A stretch of 64,000 nucleotides of DNA from Lama glama (taxonomy: Eukaryota): assembly GCA_028534125.1 (NCBI GenBank), contig CM052817.1, positions 17,486,001 through 17,550,000 of the forward strand. The letters run 5' to 3'. Within the stretch, counting starts at the first letter, position 1. Every line of letters begins with the position of its first letter. A program made the position numbers and the translations under genes. Below the pieces are notes generated by a model. That model was not told the DNA's origin, did no database searches, and saw only the letters and a program-made list of their open reading frames with translations. Positions 61,010-64,000 of this stretch are shown one piece after another.

Positions 61010-61220
61010 AGTGTTTGAGAATCAGGTTGTCTAGATTTGAATCTTGAATCTGCCACTTATTATCTGTATGACCTTGGGCAAGACATTTAACCTCTCTGGT
61101 CCTCAATATTCTCAATCATAAAATGAGGTAATAATAGTGTCTATCTCATAGGGTTGATATGAAGATAAAATGAGTTAACATATAAGAAGCATTTAGAATA
61201 GAATCTGGCATTTTGGTTGC
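61010..61220 (+). mobile_element. MIR SINE (followed by an MLT1-like LTR at ~61240-61560)
   Basis: 'tgtatgaccttgggcaagacatttaacctctctggtcctca...aataatagtgtctatctcatagggttg'. Confidence 0.9.
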
Positions 61221-61933
61221 TATTTTTAAAAATTATTCGTATCAGTTAGTATGTTGCAGTAACAAACAGTCCCAAAATTTTAGCAGCTTAAAACAACAAA
61301 TTTTCATATTTTGCACATATTCCTTATCCAGTGTAGATCAGCAAGCATTGTGCTTATTGTAGTTACTCAGGAATCCAAACTGATAGGGCAGCTGCTAACT
61401 ATAATGTTGCTGGTCACCATGACAGAGGGAAACAGCTTTAAAAAGGATACACTGGCTTTTGTCCAGGAGGAGGTATATGTCACTTCCACTCACATTTCAT
61501 TGGCCAAACCAAGTCATATGGCCACACTCAGCTTCAAAGGGGAGGGAAGGGAAGTCCTGCCAGGTTCCCTATTGACTACCACATTATTATTAGTATGTCA
61601 TAACTGGTTGAGTATTGGACACTTGCAACTGAAAGATTCACAAGTAAATAAGAAATCATATTTCCCTGGTTGTATACTCAGCAGGGACCAGGTGCTATAA
61701 GCCAAGCTCTTATTAACCCCCTTCTCTCTAATTCACTCTGGCCACTTTGAAGCCTGTTGGTCCTACCCATCCATCATCCAGGTGTCAGGACCGTGTCACT
61801 GGTGTTTTCAGTAGTCACTGGCTGGTTAAACCCCAGAAAAGTGGAAAGAAGTTGTATGATTGGACCAGAGTCAAAAGCCAACAGAAGAAAGTATTAAGGA
61901 AAAAAGAGAGAAATCTGTCCTTGGGAGAGACGG

Positions 61934-62332
61934 TGTCTTAAGGTCAGGTTCCCTAGAAGTACAGTTGTGATGGCGACTCAGGTGCATGTGATTAAGTGAG
62001 GGAGACTCTCAGAAGAGAAAGGGAGTGGGGGAGGCTGGGGAGGGCAGAGGATGTGAAGTCAGCCTGATCCCATGGGCAGCTCGGGAGTGTGAGTTCCCCC
62101 ATAGAGGGGCTCATGCCTTGAGGCAAGGGACTCGCCTGTTATAGCCTATTGCAATCAGTCACTGGCAGTAGGCTGCCCCAAAAGGGGAGAGTTAACCTTC
62201 TGGGCTGAGCAGCAATTCCTGGAGAAGGGGCAGCCGTGAGCTGCCAGCATCCAACACTCACAGCGGCTGGGGGATGGGTGCAGCAGCCCAAGCAAGGCGA
62301 TTTGGATGGGGCACCAACAGCATCCACCACAG
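61934..62332 (-). mobile_element. LTR16-like ERVL LTR
   Basis: 'tgtcttaaggtcaggttccctagaag...cagcctgatcccatgggcagctc...ggatggggcaccaacagcatccaccaca'. Confidence 0.75.
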
Positions 62333-63124
62333 GCAGTCGGGAAAGCACTAATAGGAACCATCTGCCCCTATTCCTCCTACCAGATGAACTGCACTTCAGA
62401 AGCATGGAAAATACTGACATCTGTGGGGTAAGAAAGGGCATCCAGGGGTCCCTCATTTATCTCCGAGATTAAATATAAATTTTACCACCAACCTCTATTT
62501 CCAGGCTTATGTCCCAAGACTCTCACAAACCTAGTCTATGTGCAAAGTCACCTGGAAACTTGCTCTTTTATGAATCACCCCCCGTGCCTTTGCTCCAACT
62601 CTTTTCCCTCTTCTGCCAAGAGTGCCCTCTCTTCCCCTAGACCTGTGAAATTCTATCCACACTTCAAGGCCCTCTTGAATACTGACTGCTTCATAAAGCT
62701 TTTCTTAATCACTTGACAGGATATGAGGTTTTTCTTCTTTGAAACCTCAAAGCCCTGACTTTCTGCAGTGGGTTTCATTCTATGAATTTGAGTCATTTGA
62801 TAAGCATTATTCCCCAAATCTTGTACGAACTCTTCAGGAAGAATGCCATCTTTTTCTTTTTACAGCATCTGGCAAACACCCTAAATAATAAAGGCACTTA
62901 ATTAGTATGTGTGTAACTGAATATCTACTTCGATGAGATTAAACATCCGTGCATGATTGCAGCCTTTTGTAATCACCCAGAGCTGACGTTTGCTGAGTAC
63001 TTGCTATGTGCTGTGCATGAAGTATTTTCTTTGCATTAATGATCTCCACCCCACAGATAAGAAACTAAAGCTCAGAGAGGTCATGCAACTTGCCCAAAGC
63101 CACATAGGTAGCAGGTGGTAGATT

Positions 63125-63784
63125 TGATACAGGAAAAAACAGATGTGGGGTGAGAAGAGGTCTGTGTCCCAGGTCTCCGTTGAGTCCCTGGGATGTGTCC
63201 CGCCAAGTCTGGGTCCTTGGTTTTGTGCAGGGAAGAATTCATCAATGAGCCACAGTTGAGTAAATGTAGACTTATTTAGAGAGACACATACTACATAGAG
63301 TGTAGGCTGTTTCAGAAGGCGAGAGAAAGGCCACAAGGTGTGGGGGTTGGGAGCTCAGGTTAAAGTAAAAGTAGACACACACTCCATAGACAGAGTATGG
63401 GCCACCTCTGGAGATGAGGAAGAGAGAGGCAGCCACCAGGTGTGGTGTTGCTAATTTTCATAGGCTTGGTAGCTTCACATGCCAACAAGTGGGAGGAATT
63501 CCAACTACCCTGGGGAAGGGGCTGGGATTCCCAGGATCTGGACCACTGCCCAATCTTTGACCTTTTATGGTTTGCCTTGGGGCGTCATGGCGCCTGTGGG
63601 CATGTTATTTATCATGCTAATATATTACAATGAGCGTGTAATGAAGCTCAAGGTCGACTAGAAGTCAAATTTCCCGCCATCTTGATCTTCAAGGCCTACT
63701 GGGGTTGAATGTTCCACCATTTTGATGTTAATTGCTGTGTCATTCCTTGAATGGCTGTGCCCTGCCCCTTTCCCTCCTGTCTCA
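63125..63784 (-). mobile_element. ERV1 MER41-like solo LTR, 660 bp, with 4-bp TSD GATT, inserted in a MIR
   Basis: TG...CA termini (tgatacagg...ctgtctca). GATT occurs at 63121-63124 and 63785-63788. MER41-like blocks include 'gaagaattc', 'cactccatagacagag' and 'gtcatggcg'. Confidence 0.85.
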
Positions 63785-64000
63785 GATTGAGTGGGACTTA
63801 GGTTTGTCTTAATTTAGAGACACTCACAGGCTTGCAATCAGAAGACGTGGATGCCTTGTTGGGCACAACCCTTAACAAACCTGGCAGAGACTGGCAAGTC
63901 TCCTGAGCAAAGAGCTAGAACAGTGCTTCTCTGGTTTCAATGTGCACATGATCACCCAGGGCTCACTGAGAACGGGGAGACCAACCAAAAACACACCCAA

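Noticed and set aside
1..64000. Strand bias of L1/LTR elements indicating location within a long gene's intron
   Set aside because: L1 and LTR copies occur in both orientations on both sides of the island, so there is no usable bias.
1..64000. CRISPR array, operon or other prokaryotic/viral system
   Set aside because: The sequence is mammalian and repeat-rich, with no regularly spaced direct repeats, no dense coding regions and no internal ERV gag/pol/env sequence seen.

Overview
This 64-kb window is mammalian, almost certainly camelid (alpaca/llama/camel), non-coding DNA. The clade call rests on six copies of a tRNA-derived Vic-1-type SINE and several young camelid-type L1 3' ends. I find no credible protein-coding gene: the ORF track is explained by repeats, GC-rich sequence and chance. 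Much of the window is decayed transposon sequence (MIR, L2, L1M, MLT1, LTR16/33/41-like, MER5/MER20, a Zaphod/MER115 hAT fossil, and ERV1/MER41-like solo LTRs with 4-bp TSDs). The main unexplained structure is an orphan CpG island/promoter (~27.07-27.66 kb) bracketed by a ~290-bp inverted repeat of about 80% identity. Each arm carries a mirror-image splice-acceptor-like sequence, which suggests a symmetric bidirectional lncRNA promoter or a dsRNA-forming locus. Other notable items are a 5'-end U3 snoRNA retro-fragment, an ~870-bp inversion inside the Zaphod fossil, a twin-primed L1 nested in a Vic-1 SINE tail, and several motif-rich repeat-free blocks that look like enhancers (AP-1 cluster, perfect CArG box, FOXA/CEBP cluster). 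Repeat family names come from recalled consensus sequences, and boundaries are approximate unless TSDs are given.
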